DNA from: Clostridia bacterium
GTDB lineage: Bacteria > Bacillota > Clostridia > UMGS1810
Assembly (NCBI GenBank): GCA_017436905.1
Contig: JAFSCF010000002.1
Coordinates: 1,083 to 65,082 of the forward strand
DNA length: 64,000 nucleotides
Direction: 5' to 3'
The translations under genes were made by a program, and so were the position numbers. Shown piece after piece: positions 35,940 through 45,375 of this stretch (positions are counted from its first letter, which is position 1; each line of letters opens with the position of its first letter). The notes below the pieces were generated by a model that was not told the origin of the DNA, did no database searches, and saw nothing but the letters and a program-made list of their open reading frames with translations.

Positions 35940-35979
35940 CTATATATAGTGTTAAATGATGATTTAGCACTATATATAG
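35940..35979. repeat. 18-bp inverted repeat (CTATATATAGTGTTAAAT / ATTTAGCACTATATATAG, 4-nt spacer, 1 mismatch)
   Basis: Read directly; lies 14 nt downstream of the 455-aa methyltransferase stop, in the 183-bp gap before the next methyltransferase-like gene. Confidence 0.8.
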
Positions 35980-35992
35980 TACGCTAAATTTA

Positions 35993-37360
35993 TCACTCAA
36001 TTGTATGGTTTAACAAGTACGAAATTACCGCCACAGTCCAGCCGTTACCAAGCATTTTGTACGCCTGAGTATCGCTTACAACCGAGAAATCGTACCATTC
36101 AGGTACGGTCTGTAATCTCATACATTCTCTTACTGTGAGTTTGCGGATTATGTAGTAGCCATCAGCAAGTTTAATTAGGTATTCTTTGCCGTTTATTGTG
36201 ATGAAACCACGCTTTACTTCATATACCTTATATGTTTTACCATCAGCATAACTCGTTGCTTTGATAGGATTACCTTCTTCACCCCATTCAATAGGATTCG
36301 CATAACAAATTGGCTCTATTACACCTGTTTTACTTTGTGTACTTGATGATGTTAATGTGCCATGTTTAACATTAGGGTAATACGCTCTCTGGTCTTGTGA
36401 GTCATACCCTTTGCCCGAAAGGTCATATTGAATATAAACATCATTACTCTTTAAGTTTTTAGTTTTATCTATATTTATCGGTAAAGACCCAACTCTAACG
36501 GGTTCGGCAACATAATCCCTTACCTGCTTGTTAGGATTATCAGGAAATGCTTCAGATTTAAGACTACCTTCTCCGCTACCTTTATAAGCATAACTTGCAC
36601 CCAACTCTCTTGCCTTGTCGGGATTGCCATACTCAGGTATTCTTGTTGCCACTGGTTCAAACTTAATTTGGGTATGATGTTTCTTAAAATAATCTCTTGC
36701 ATTACCTGCCTGATGTTTTAAACAGTAAGATTTGTCTTTTTCTACAATACCATCCTCAAGAATGTCTTTGAGCAAAATACCTTTATCTACTGGTTGTTCA
36801 ATTTCGACTTTACTATATGTACCATCGGCATTTCTTTTACCAACCCAATACAATCTCTGTCGGTTCTGTGCTGATAATAAAGCAGAGTTTATACATATAG
36901 GCTCAAAGCCAAACGTGCTTGTAATGCTTTCTCTTATAGCATTACTCATAGATTTGTTGTTTTCGTATATAAAATACTTAGGATGTGCTTCTCTCAATGC
37001 TCTTACATACTGTGAAAATAATTCCCAACCAAGACCAGACGCCTCGGTTTCACGATTATTCTTTTGGGCTATTGACCAATATGTACAAGGACTTCCACCC
37101 ATTAAATAATCGAAATTCCTGAACTCAGTAAAATCGGCATCAAACACATCACCTCTCTGTTCTATTTCAGGAAAGTTATGCGTTGCTGTTTTGACTGCAT
37201 CATAGGATTTTATCATAATGTGTCTACCACTAACAAAGTGTATAGCAACGTCACCACTTCCATCAGTAAGTTTCCAAATATATTCAATATTAGCTATATT
37301 AATGCGATAGCCATCAATCTCAATAAAACGATTATTAGACACAATATCACCAACTTTCAA
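35993..37360 (-). CDS. DNA (cytosine-5)-methyltransferase-like protein with degenerate or absent motif I
   Basis: 455 aa; GGSPCTYWS (IV), YENN (VI), QNRQR (VIII), RECMRLQTVP (IX), GNGWTV (X); the N-terminal 70 aa show no FxGxG. Confidence 0.75.
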   Translation of the reverse strand: MKVGDIVSNNRFIEIDGYRINIANIEYIWKLTDGSGDVAIHFVSGRHIMIKSYDAVKTATHNFPEIEQRGDVFDADFTEFRNFDYLMGGSPCTYWSIAQKNNRETEASGLGWELFSQYVRALREAHPKYFIYENNKSMSNAIRESITSTFGFEPICINSALLSAQNRQRLYWVGKRNADGTYSKVEIEQPVDKGILLKDILEDGIVEKDKSYCLKHQAGNARDYFKKHHTQIKFEPVATRIPEYGNPDKARELGASYAYKGSGEGSLKSEAFPDNPNKQVRDYVAEPVRVGSLPINIDKTKNLKSNDVYIQYDLSGKGYDSQDQRAYYPNVKHGTLTSSSTQSKTGVIEPICYANPIEWGEEGNPIKATSYADGKTYKVYEVKRGFITINGKEYLIKLADGYYIIRKLTVRECMRLQTVPEWYDFSVVSDTQAYKMLGNGWTVAVISYLLNHTIE

Positions 37361-37544
37361 TTCTAAATAATATATTTCCCAACCATCTTGGGACTCTTAC
37401 TCCAAAGAAGCTTGGCTTGTAGTGTGGACATTTTTCACATTTGTCACTCATACAGTTACCATACCCACAAGGGTTACTCATAAAGACCATAAATGTAACC
37501 TCGTTAACACATATTTGTATGTTCGTCCATAGGACTAGTATCAA
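37347..37544 (-). CDS. small Cys-rich hypothetical protein
   Basis: ORF only; SNPCGYGNCMSDKCEKCPHY; the true start is probably internal. Confidence 0.3.
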   Translation of the reverse strand: MILVLWTNIQICVNEVTFMVFMSNPCGYGNCMSDKCEKCPHYKPSFFGVRVPRWLGNILFRIESW

Positions 37545-37755
37545 TTTTCCTTACGCCCGGCTTATGATAATCTGAAAGAATATAGCTTGCACATCCACCT
37601 TTGTTATCTATCGCAACATTTTTAAGTAAACATCCGTTGCTAAAACCATAATACTTACACTTTTCATTTGCACAGGTTATTCTACAGAGGAAGAGTGGAA
37701 CGCTATAACTATCAGTGACACAGGTAATGAACCACTCCTCTCCGCAACAATCCAC
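37504..37755 (-). CDS. DUF1540-like Cys-rich protein, possibly 5'-truncated
   Basis: ITCANEKCKYYGFSNGCLLKNVAIDNKGGCASY resembles DUF1540; GTG start with a poor RBS, abutting the junction at 37756-37773. Confidence 0.3.
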   Translation of the reverse strand: MDCCGEEWFITCVTDSYSVPLFLCRITCANEKCKYYGFSNGCLLKNVAIDNKGGCASYILSDYHKPGVRKIDTSPMDEHTNMC

Positions 37756-37773
37756 TACAACTGGGTTCCTGCT

Positions 37774-38355
37774 ATGAAAGGTGAATTGCCCACAAAAACA
37801 ACTCTTGGATTGGACAAGGTTGATAACACACCTGATAATGAGAAGAGTGTTTTGTATGCTGAAAACGCAGATTATGCTCGAATGGCAGCCTACGACGCAA
37901 ATGACAGAGATATTGTGTCCACTTATGTTTCATGGGGAGACCTTGCCGCTTCACAAGTTGGGTATTCACGGCACTCTGACCACGCAACAATGGACGATAA
38001 TGGAAATGATATTATAGAACATTACGCTACTAAGGCTGAATTAAGCGCAATACCTAAATTCAACATTCTCCCTGTAACAAGTTTACCTACTGAAGATATT
38101 TCTACAACAACAGTGTATTTAGTTCCTTATGGTGATGAAAGCCAAAACATTTACGATGAGTACATATATGTGAATGAAACGTGGGAAAAACTCGGTACGC
38201 AAAAAGTTGATTTATCGAGTTATTCGACTAAAGAAGAGGTGACTGCGGTTAATGAAAGACTTGATAATGCAGAAACGTCTATAGGCGACATAGACACCGC
38301 CCTTGACAATATCATAGCAATACAAAATACATTGATAGGCGGTGAAACTGTATGA
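37774..38355 (+). CDS. phage tail-fibre-like protein (probable C-terminal fragment)
   Basis: 193 aa; LGLDKVDNTPDNEKSV tail-fibre repeat motif, coiled-coil C-terminus; only 18 nt from the divergent minus-strand block, with no room for a promoter. Confidence 0.55.
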   Translation: MKGELPTKTTLGLDKVDNTPDNEKSVLYAENADYARMAAYDANDRDIVSTYVSWGDLAASQVGYSRHSDHATMDDNGNDIIEHYATKAELSAIPKFNILPVTSLPTEDISTTTVYLVPYGDESQNIYDEYIYVNETWEKLGTQKVDLSSYSTKEEVTAVNERLDNAETSIGDIDTALDNIIAIQNTLIGGETV

Positions 38356-39059
38356 GCATAGCAGATAAACTCACCACTATAGCCGAAAACGAGCAAAAGG
38401 TGTACGACAAAGGCGTTACAGACGGCAGACAAGCCGAGTATGACGAGTTTTGGAGTGATGCTTTTAGTACTTTAAAAGATGGATATGGCGGTAAACATGC
38501 TTTTGCAGGGCGTTGTTGGAACGCAAAAACATTCAATCCCCCACCGGGAACATTTATACCATATGTTTGCGAGGGGATGTTTCGAGAGAGCAAAATAGGT
38601 GATTTAGCAGGTATTATGGAACGGACAGGATTTACTATTAAGTGGTCTGCTACTTCTTATTTTGACTGTATGTTTATAAATGCAACTATAACTCACATAC
38701 CAGTCATCGATTTATCATCAGCAATTTATGTTTCCCAAACATTTAGTAGCACAGCAATAAAAGTTATTGACGGAATAATTTTTCCAAGCGTAGCAAGAAA
38801 TTTTAAAACAACATTTTCAAACGCAACTGCACTTGAAGAAATATCTTATATTGGTGGAACTATACAAGGAAATATAACCTTATCTTCTTGTACTAAATTA
38901 AACCATGACACAATTATGAGAGTGATTAACGCATTATACGACTACGTTGCAGAGGGAAGTACAACAACATACACTCTTACTTTAGGTTCAACAAATCTCG
39001 CAAAACTTACTGATGAAGAAAAGGCAATCGCTACACAGAGGGGGTGGACTTTAGCATGA
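38352..39059 (+). CDS. phage tail-associated / receptor-binding-like protein
   Basis: 235 aa; ATGA overlap with the preceding gene; N-terminus DKLTTIAENEQKVYDKGVTDGRQAEYDEFW is common downstream of tail fibres in Firmicutes prophages (recognition only). Confidence 0.4.
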   Translation: MSIADKLTTIAENEQKVYDKGVTDGRQAEYDEFWSDAFSTLKDGYGGKHAFAGRCWNAKTFNPPPGTFIPYVCEGMFRESKIGDLAGIMERTGFTIKWSATSYFDCMFINATITHIPVIDLSSAIYVSQTFSSTAIKVIDGIIFPSVARNFKTTFSNATALEEISYIGGTIQGNITLSSCTKLNHDTIMRVINALYDYVAEGSTTTYTLTLGSTNLAKLTDEEKAIATQRGWTLA

Positions 39060-39247
39060 GTAAACCTAATTTAAGACCAAAAACAGCATCAGAAGGTATG
39101 GTACTTACTAATGGTGAAACATTTTCGGATGTGGGTGGTACTATTTATCTCGGTGTAAATGACAGTCCCGATAACTGGTACGAAATCACCGCTGAAGAAG
39201 CAGAGAAACGCCAAGCGGAATTGTTGCCTGAAGAACCGATAGAGTAA
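39056..39247 (+). CDS. small acidic phage protein
   Basis: ATGA overlap with the previous gene; no TM segment, so not a holin. Confidence 0.35.
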   Translation: MSKPNLRPKTASEGMVLTNGETFSDVGGTIYLGVNDSPDNWYEITAEEAEKRQAELLPEEPIE

Positions 39248-39343
39248 TGATTATAAGTTGTTAGTATGGGCTGAATAAATAAAGATAGAGAAACAAGCAA
39301 GAATGGAAACAGAATTACAAAATATGTAAAGGAGGAGATAAAT

Positions 39344-40816
39344 TTGAAAATATTTATTGATGCCGGGCATAATTATTCAGGCGGAGACACAGGTGCTTCC
39401 GAAAATGGAATAAGAGAGCAAGATGTAACATTCCATGTTGCAAAACATCTTGAGAAATTGTTTTTATCTTCTGGACACAGTGTCAAAATGTCCCGCAATA
39501 ATTTAACAGACAATCTGGGGAAAACTACAAATGAAAGTCTGACCTTAAGATATAAAATGGCAAACGATTGGGGAGCAGATTTCTTTATATCATTACATTG
39601 TAACTCAAATGAAAATAAAACTGCTAACGGAACTGAAACTTTAATAAGTGCAAGAGGCGGACAAGCAGAAAAACTTGCAACCGCTATTCAAAGTTGCATT
39701 GTGAATGATTTGAAAACTGTAGATAGAGGCGTTAGAGTTGATAACGAATATCTTAAGTATAATCTTGCAGTGTTGGAATATACAAACATGCCCGCAATTT
39801 TAGTTGAAATGGGCTTTATATCTAATAGCAGAGATGCTGAAATATTAAAGAACAATCAGTACGAACTTGCATGGGCGATATATAATGGCTTTTGCGATTA
39901 TTCAGGTGTTAAAGTTGAAAAGCCGACTTCAACAAATGCTTTAGCTCAAAAAATGTTTGATGATAAAGTAACCACTGATTTACAATACTGGTCAAAGGTA
40001 TTTAATGGAGAAGAGTCTATGTGCTTGGATTATTTTAAAACCATTATTGAAAGATATTCAAATTTAGTTCGCGGTAACCCCGTTGAAGACAACAAAGAAG
40101 GAAGCAAAAATGAAAAGTTTGTTCTATTCAATAATACATACATCTTTCCAATTGATATATCAAAATTTAAAATCAAATATTTTGATAAGGCAAAGAGAAG
40201 CGGTGCAAACATTCCGTCTTATTTTAATTTAGGATATTTTGGAAATTTCGCTCATAACAAAACGGAATTTACTTTACCTGCAGCAAACCTTGTTGCAGAT
40301 ATAGATGTAAATGAAATTCCAGAAGTTGTTTTGCCATATCTGAAGGAACGAAAAATAGCCAATGGAAAGTTTTATATGTCTACAAACCAAAATGCGGGTG
40401 CGCAGTTCAAGAACAAAAAAGTTTCTACATTAATAATTGAGAATGGTGTTCCAAGAGTAGAAAAGATTAGTGAAGTACAAGATAGTTATCAATATACTGT
40501 TTCGGGTGTTCCTATTATGCTAAATGGTAAAAAGACAACCGATTACACAAGCGAAGGGTGGCAAAAGGGAGTTGGCAGAGCAACATACCACAGTTGTCTT
40601 GGTATAAAAGACAAAAAATTATATTATTTTCCCATTTATACAACTTCTGTAGATTGCATTTCAAGTGGTGAGATATATGATAAGGTTAAAGGATTCGGAT
40701 TTACAGACGTGTTGAAGATGGATGGTGGCGGAAGTGCTTATTTTAAATTTGAAAACGAAGTTCAGGTAAACACTTCTGAAAATCGTCAGATAAATACAAT
40801 AGGTATTATTGGATAA
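39344..40816 (+). CDS. endolysin: N-acetylmuramoyl-L-alanine amidase (Amidase_3) fused to a phosphodiester-glycosidase-like (NAGPA/DUF2233) C-terminal domain
   Basis: 490 aa; IFIDAGHN...SLHCNS...GTETL amidase_3 pattern; C-terminus ...GFGFTDVLKMDGGGSAYF typical of NAGPA; TTG start with AAAGGAGGAG. Confidence 0.8.
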   Translation: MKIFIDAGHNYSGGDTGASENGIREQDVTFHVAKHLEKLFLSSGHSVKMSRNNLTDNLGKTTNESLTLRYKMANDWGADFFISLHCNSNENKTANGTETLISARGGQAEKLATAIQSCIVNDLKTVDRGVRVDNEYLKYNLAVLEYTNMPAILVEMGFISNSRDAEILKNNQYELAWAIYNGFCDYSGVKVEKPTSTNALAQKMFDDKVTTDLQYWSKVFNGEESMCLDYFKTIIERYSNLVRGNPVEDNKEGSKNEKFVLFNNTYIFPIDISKFKIKYFDKAKRSGANIPSYFNLGYFGNFAHNKTEFTLPAANLVADIDVNEIPEVVLPYLKERKIANGKFYMSTNQNAGAQFKNKKVSTLIIENGVPRVEKISEVQDSYQYTVSGVPIMLNGKKTTDYTSEGWQKGVGRATYHSCLGIKDKKLYYFPIYTTSVDCISSGEIYDKVKGFGFTDVLKMDGGGSAYFKFENEVQVNTSENRQINTIGIIG

Positions 40817-40846
40817 TATCAGCAAGAAATAATAAATAAAAATTAA

Positions 40847-40879
40847 AGGGTAGAGAAATTAATCTCTACCCTATTTTTT
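40847..40879 (+). terminator. intrinsic terminator after the endolysin
   Basis: AGGGTAGAGA-AATTAA-TCTCTACCCT followed by ATTTTTT. Confidence 0.85.
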
Positions 40880-40923
40880 ACGGTTTTAGTTATCATAAAA
40901 ACAATATAATTATATAGATTTCT

Positions 40924-40970
40924 TTTACTCCATTTTTGTTATTGGTTTACTCCATTTTTTCGCCATTTTT
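40924..40970 (+). repeat. direct repeats TTTACTCCATTTTT (x2) plus CGCCATTTTT, candidate integrase arm-type sites
   Basis: 40924-40937 and 40946-40959 are identical 14-mers; related CCATTTT(T) copies occur at 40963-40970 and, in the left arm, at 26799-26805 and 26818-26827. Confidence 0.45.
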
Positions 40971-41089
40971 ATAAAAAATTACATCAAATTATAATAAATT
41001 ATAACAAGTTATCAAAAAAATACACTTTTGTGAGTACATTTACAAAAGCCGCATAAATACTAGCAATTTGGCGGTATTGCTGACTTTTC

Positions 41090-42007
41090 TCACTTAACCT
41101 TATTGATGTCGTACGGAGTACTTTGGTACACGTAATAATTTAGCCAGTTGGAAAAAAGCAGATTTGCGTGTGAACGCCATCTTACTTTAGGTGTTTTTGT
41201 ATAATCATCATTAGGGTAATAGTTTACGGGTATATCAATAGGAAGTCCTGCCTCTAAATCTCTTACATATTCTTTATGGAGAGTGTCGGCGTCGTATTCC
41301 GAATGACCAGTAACAAAAATATTTCTTCTGTCTTTACTTGCAACAATATAAAGACCCGCCTCATCGGACTCTGCAAGTATATGCAGTTCGGGCACTTTTT
41401 CAACATCCTCACGACGTATTTCAGTATGGCGTGAATGTGGCGCATAAAAATAATCGTCAAAGCCACGTAAAAGTTTGCTTTTTTTACGCATAACCTTATG
41501 TTCAAATATACCAAACATTTTTTTCTCGAGCGGATATTTTGGTATTCCGTAATGATAGTGAAGTCCTGCCTGAGCCGCCCAGCAAATATGAAGTACACTT
41601 GTAACATTTTGCTGTGTCCAGTCCATTATGTCTTTGAGTTCTTCCCAATAATTAACGTCTTCAAACTCCATTTTTTCTACCGGTGCACCGGTTATAATCA
41701 TACCATCGTATTTATTGCCTTTAATCTCGTCAAAGCCTTTATAAAATGCCTGAAGATGCTCAGCAGGAGTGTTTTTTGACTTATGTGTTTTCATATGCAG
41801 AAAGTCAATCTCAACCTGCAAGGGAGTATTGCCCAAAAGGCGAAGCAGTTGAGTTTCCGTAACAATCTTTGTAGGCATAATATTTAAAATAACAAGTTTT
41901 AAAGGACGGATATCCTGTTTTAACGCTTTTTTCTCCGTCATAACAAAAATATTTTCACCGTTTAAGATTTTTGTTGCAGGAAGTTTATCGGGGATTTTAA
42001 TGGGCAT
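41090..42007 (-). CDS. metA: homoserine O-acyltransferase (MetA family)
   Basis: [11 protein letters not shown]...; start at ATG 42007 (GGAGGGGG upstream); the last 6 codons lie in the att core. Confidence 0.9.
   Translation of the reverse strand: MPIKIPDKLPATKILNGENIFVMTEKKALKQDIRPLKLVILNIMPTKIVTETQLLRLLGNTPLQVEIDFLHMKTHKSKNTPAEHLQAFYKGFDEIKGNKYDGMIITGAPVEKMEFEDVNYWEELKDIMDWTQQNVTSVLHICWAAQAGLHYHYGIPKYPLEKKMFGIFEHKVMRKKSKLLRGFDDYFYAPHSRHTEIRREDVEKVPELHILAESDEAGLYIVASKDRRNIFVTGHSEYDADTLHKEYVRDLEAGLPIDIPVNYYPNDDYTKTPKVRWRSHANLLFSNWLNYYVYQSTPYDINKVK
41094..41110. repeat. att core, right copy (TTAACCTTATTGATGTC)
   Basis: Identical to 26707-26723; encodes the D-I-N-K-V-K C-terminus of MetA. Confidence 0.75.
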
Positions 42008-42008
42008 T

Positions 42009-43370
42009 TTACCCCCTCCTTTCAATAAGGCTTAAAAGAGTTTCTTTTGTATTAAGCATCGGATTTTCTATGACTGCACTTTGCAGTTTTGCAAGTGTTT
42101 TACCTATAGCGTTACCGGAAATGCCCAGTTCCATTAAATCATTACCGTTTACAGCAAGGTGCTTTATAAGATACGGCTCATTTGAAGACATAATCTTACT
42201 AAACACGCTGTTAATTTCATCTAGGTTAGCAAGTTTTTGAGGCATAGTGCTTTCGCTTTGAGCCATAGCGTCGGCTTTTTGAACACATAGCAAATCTGCA
42301 AAGTATTCAGCACCGATTTCGGATAGCAGTTTCTTGATTACAGTCTTATCTGCATTAAAGCGAAAATCATGATACTTTATCATAGTTTTAATGCACACTT
42401 TTTCTGCATTGGAAAATTTGAGTTTTGCAAATATACGTTCTGCAATATTAACACTCATTTGTTCGTGACCTTTAAAATGGTCGCCATCGGCATCGGTAGA
42501 GCGTGTAAATGGCTTGCCCATATCATGCATAAGCATTGCCCAACGTAAAGAAAGTTTTTTAGGCGCACAAGCAACGCTTTTTAATATATGGTCACCAACG
42601 TTGTAGGAATGGTGAATGTTATTCTGCTCGGTATCAAAACACCTTGCAAATTGCGGGAAAATCTCACGCAAAAGCGGCATGGATTTTTTAAGCATATACA
42701 CATTGTCGCCCATAAGTGCTTTGTCCATTTCCTGCTTAATTCTCTCACCACTAACATACAGGATAAGCGAAGATTTGCGCTCAATCGACTTTAAAATTTC
42801 ATCATCAATAGTAAAACCTGTACTGCACGCAAAACGTATAGCACGCAGCATACGCAAGGCATCTTCTTCAAAGCGCTTGTCCGCCTCGCCGACAGTTCTT
42901 ATAAACTTATTTTCAATATCTTCTATACCGCCGAAATAATCTAATATATTTCCGTTTTCATCGCAAGCCAGCGCATTCATAGTAAAATCACGGCGGCTAA
43001 GGTCGCTTTTTAAGTCCTTGGAAAATTCTACTGTTTTAGGACGGCGATGATCTTCGTAAACGCCGTCCACTCTGTATGTGGTAATCTCAACAACTGCACC
43101 GTCTTCTACAACGGTAACAGTTCCATGTTTTAAACCGGTATCAATTGTCTTTGCAAAAATTTCTTTTATCTGTTCAGGTAAAGCATCGGTTGTGATGTCA
43201 TAATCACTAATCTGCCTTCCGAGGAGAAAATCGCGCACGGCACCACCCACCACATAAGCCTCAAAGCCTTTGGCAGTAATAGCGGATAATATCTTTTTAA
43301 TATTATCGGGTAGTGTCATTTTATTCATAACTTTCTCCTTTACTTTTTTACATCTTATACTATTATACAA
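42009..43370 (-). CDS. cca: CCA tRNA nucleotidyltransferase
   Basis: [10 protein letters not shown]...DYD polymerase-beta motif plus HD domain. Confidence 0.85.
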   Translation of the reverse strand: MYNSIRCKKVKEKVMNKMTLPDNIKKILSAITAKGFEAYVVGGAVRDFLLGRQISDYDITTDALPEQIKEIFAKTIDTGLKHGTVTVVEDGAVVEITTYRVDGVYEDHRRPKTVEFSKDLKSDLSRRDFTMNALACDENGNILDYFGGIEDIENKFIRTVGEADKRFEEDALRMLRAIRFACSTGFTIDDEILKSIERKSSLILYVSGERIKQEMDKALMGDNVYMLKKSMPLLREIFPQFARCFDTEQNNIHHSYNVGDHILKSVACAPKKLSLRWAMLMHDMGKPFTRSTDADGDHFKGHEQMSVNIAERIFAKLKFSNAEKVCIKTMIKYHDFRFNADKTVIKKLLSEIGAEYFADLLCVQKADAMAQSESTMPQKLANLDEINSVFSKIMSSNEPYLIKHLAVNGNDLMELGISGNAIGKTLAKLQSAVIENPMLNTKETLLSLIERRG

Positions 43371-43421
43371 TTAGCGTGTCGAAAAATCAACACGCTAATT
43401 CATTTTAGTTATATATTTTTA

Positions 43422-44069
43422 TTAATCGTACACCGAGCCAAAATCTGAAACCGGCAACAACCTGAAAATAACCTTACCGATAATATTTTTATGCGGTATA
43501 GCACCTACAGATGCATCACGGCTGTCGCGACTGTTGTTTCTGTTATCGCCAAGCACAAAAACGTGGTTTTCAGGAACAACATATGGATACTTCATAGTAC
43601 CTGCAGAAACCAGTTCTTCGCTTATATAATCCTCTACCAATTCCACTCCGTCTACATAAACAGTATGCTCAGCAGGGTCTACAACAACCTCTTGTCCGGC
43701 AGTTGCTATAACTCTTTTCACATAAGGTGTATCAGGGCTGTTGGGAGGACGGAAGATAATAATATCACCCACTTCAGGCGTATACATAAATCTGTTTACA
43801 TATAATGTATCGTTATGATGCAATGTAGGCAGCATTGACGGACCGTCAACACGAACCAGCGTGAATATAAACTGTCTGATAAAAAGTGCTACAGCCAGTG
43901 CCACAACAATAGAAATAACCCAATCAAGAAGTTCTTTTTTCATACTGCTTTTAGGTGGTGCAATAAGTTCATCATCCTGAACCATATCCGAAACTGTTTT
44001 TTCACTAAAATCAGTAGCAGATGTTTCTTCAATATTTTCGTTATTATTAAACTCTTCCATTTGATACAC
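43422..44069 (-). CDS. lepB: signal peptidase I
   Basis: GPSMLPTL, KRVIATAGQ, GDNRNNSRDSR motifs. Confidence 0.9.
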   Translation of the reverse strand: MYQMEEFNNNENIEETSATDFSEKTVSDMVQDDELIAPPKSSMKKELLDWVISIVVALAVALFIRQFIFTLVRVDGPSMLPTLHHNDTLYVNRFMYTPEVGDIIIFRPPNSPDTPYVKRVIATAGQEVVVDPAEHTVYVDGVELVEDYISEELVSAGTMKYPYVVPENHVFVLGDNRNNSRDSRDASVGAIPHKNIIGKVIFRLLPVSDFGSVYD

Positions 44070-44084
44070 TCCTTAATGGACAAT

Positions 44085-44111
44085 AAAGCGGGTAATAAAA
44101 TTACCCGCTTT
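44085..44111 (-). terminator. hairpin terminator after rplS
   Basis: AAAGCGGGTAA-TAAAA-TTACCCGCTTT. Confidence 0.55.
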
Positions 44112-44132
44112 AAGCAGCTTTAAGCAACATTA

Positions 44133-44474
44133 TTAAAGTTTTTCTTTAACTTTAGCAGCCTTACCAACTCTGTCACGCAGGTAATAAAGTTTTGCTCTGC
44201 GAACTTTACCGTGTCTGATAACTTCAATCTTAGCAATTTTGGGTGAGTTAACAGGGAAAGTTCTTTCAACACCTACGCCGTAAGAAATACGTCTAACGGT
44301 GAAAGTTTCGTTGATACCGCCATGTTTTTTAGAAATAACTGTACCTTCAAAAACCTGAATTCTTTCTCTGGTACCCTCTTTAATCTTTACGTGAACTTTG
44401 ATAGTGTCACCGATTAAGAGTTTAGGAAGATCTGTTCTAATCTGTTCCTGTGTAATGCTTTCGATTACGTTCAT
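44133..44474 (-). CDS. rplS: 50S ribosomal protein L19
   Basis: 114 aa from ATG 44474 (GAGAGGAG upstream); [11 protein letters not shown]... is the canonical L19 sequence. Confidence 0.95.
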   Translation of the reverse strand: MNVIESITQEQIRTDLPKLLIGDTIKVHVKIKEGTRERIQVFEGTVISKKHGGINETFTVRRISYGVGVERTFPVNSPKIAKIEVIRHGKVRRAKLYYLRDRVGKAAKVKEKL

Positions 44475-44567
44475 TGTTTTTCTCCTCTCATCATAGATGT
44501 TCTTGATAAGCTTATTTAACGGCAATCTGAAAGCCGACTTACAGAGGACCATCCGCGTTACTGAACT

Positions 44568-44596
44568 ATTTTATCATACATTTTGATTAAATGCAA
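44568..44596 (-). promoter_or_regulatory. sigma-70-like promoter of rplS
   Basis: Minus strand TTGCAT, 17-nt spacer, TAAAAT; about 90-nt leader. Confidence 0.5.
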
Positions 44597-44630
44597 GTGT
44601 TTTTTTCAAAAAATTGTATTTTTTTGAAAA

Positions 44631-45368
44631 TTAATCATAATGGACTTCGTATAGAGTCAAACCCTCGGGCGGAGCAGTTATTCCTGCACGTGTTCTGTCG
44701 CACGAGGCGATAATATCTGCCATATCATCAGGATTAATTTTTCCGTTCCCTACCATTGCAAGTGTACCTGCGATTATACGCACCATATTATAAAGGTATC
44801 CGTCTGCACGGATATATATTTTAACTCTTTCGCCGTCACGCACCACATCTAAACGTGTTACGGTGCGAACTGTACCTATAATATTACTGCCGGCTGACAT
44901 AAATCCCGAAAAATCGTGTGCACCTAAAAAACAATCAGCCGCTTTCTGCATTTTTTCCACATCAAGTTTTTTAGGATAGTGCCACTCAAAGCGACGTGTA
45001 AATACATCCTGAAACATCGCTGTGTTTATTGTATAGCAATATGTTTTTCCGCAGTTATCATACCGTGCATGGAATTCATCGGGCACCAATTCGCACTTGG
45101 ACACGCAAATATCTTCAGGTAAATACGCACGCACAGCCAAAGGAAGTTTATCAGCAGGTACACAATCTGGTGCAATGTACGAGCACACATACATTCTTGC
45201 ATGAACACCGGCATCTGTTCTGCTACAGCCTTTTATTTTTATATCAGTTTTGTAAACCTTTGTAAGTGCATCTTCAAGACAGCCCTGAATAGTACGCCCA
45301 TTGGGTTGCAGTTGAAATCCGCAGTAATCAGTTCCGTCATAGGACAATGTAAGTTTATAAGTACTCAT
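44631..45368 (-). CDS. truA: tRNA pseudouridine(38-40) synthase
   Basis: 245 aa; ...GCSRTDAGVHA... catalytic Asp motif. Confidence 0.9.
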   Translation of the reverse strand: MSTYKLTLSYDGTDYCGFQLQPNGRTIQGCLEDALTKVYKTDIKIKGCSRTDAGVHARMYVCSYIAPDCVPADKLPLAVRAYLPEDICVSKCELVPDEFHARYDNCGKTYCYTINTAMFQDVFTRRFEWHYPKKLDVEKMQKAADCFLGAHDFSGFMSAGSNIIGTVRTVTRLDVVRDGERVKIYIRADGYLYNMVRIIAGTLAMVGNGKINPDDMADIIASCDRTRAGITAPPEGLTLYEVHYD

Positions 45369-45375
45369 ATCAACC

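Larger units (their letters stand above)
26707..41110. mobile_element. integrated prophage remnant (about 14.4 kb) in the 3' end of metA
   Basis: 17-bp direct repeats at both ends; int/xis at the left end, endolysin at the right end; more AT-rich by eye; no repressor, replication, terminase, portal, capsid or tail-tube genes. Confidence 0.75.

Noticed and set aside
37630-37773. Longer tail-fibre ORF using the open plus frame upstream of ATG 37774
   Set aside because: There is no start codon or RBS in that stretch, and it is antisense to the DUF1540-like coding region. I kept it only as supporting evidence for a deletion joint, not as coding sequence.
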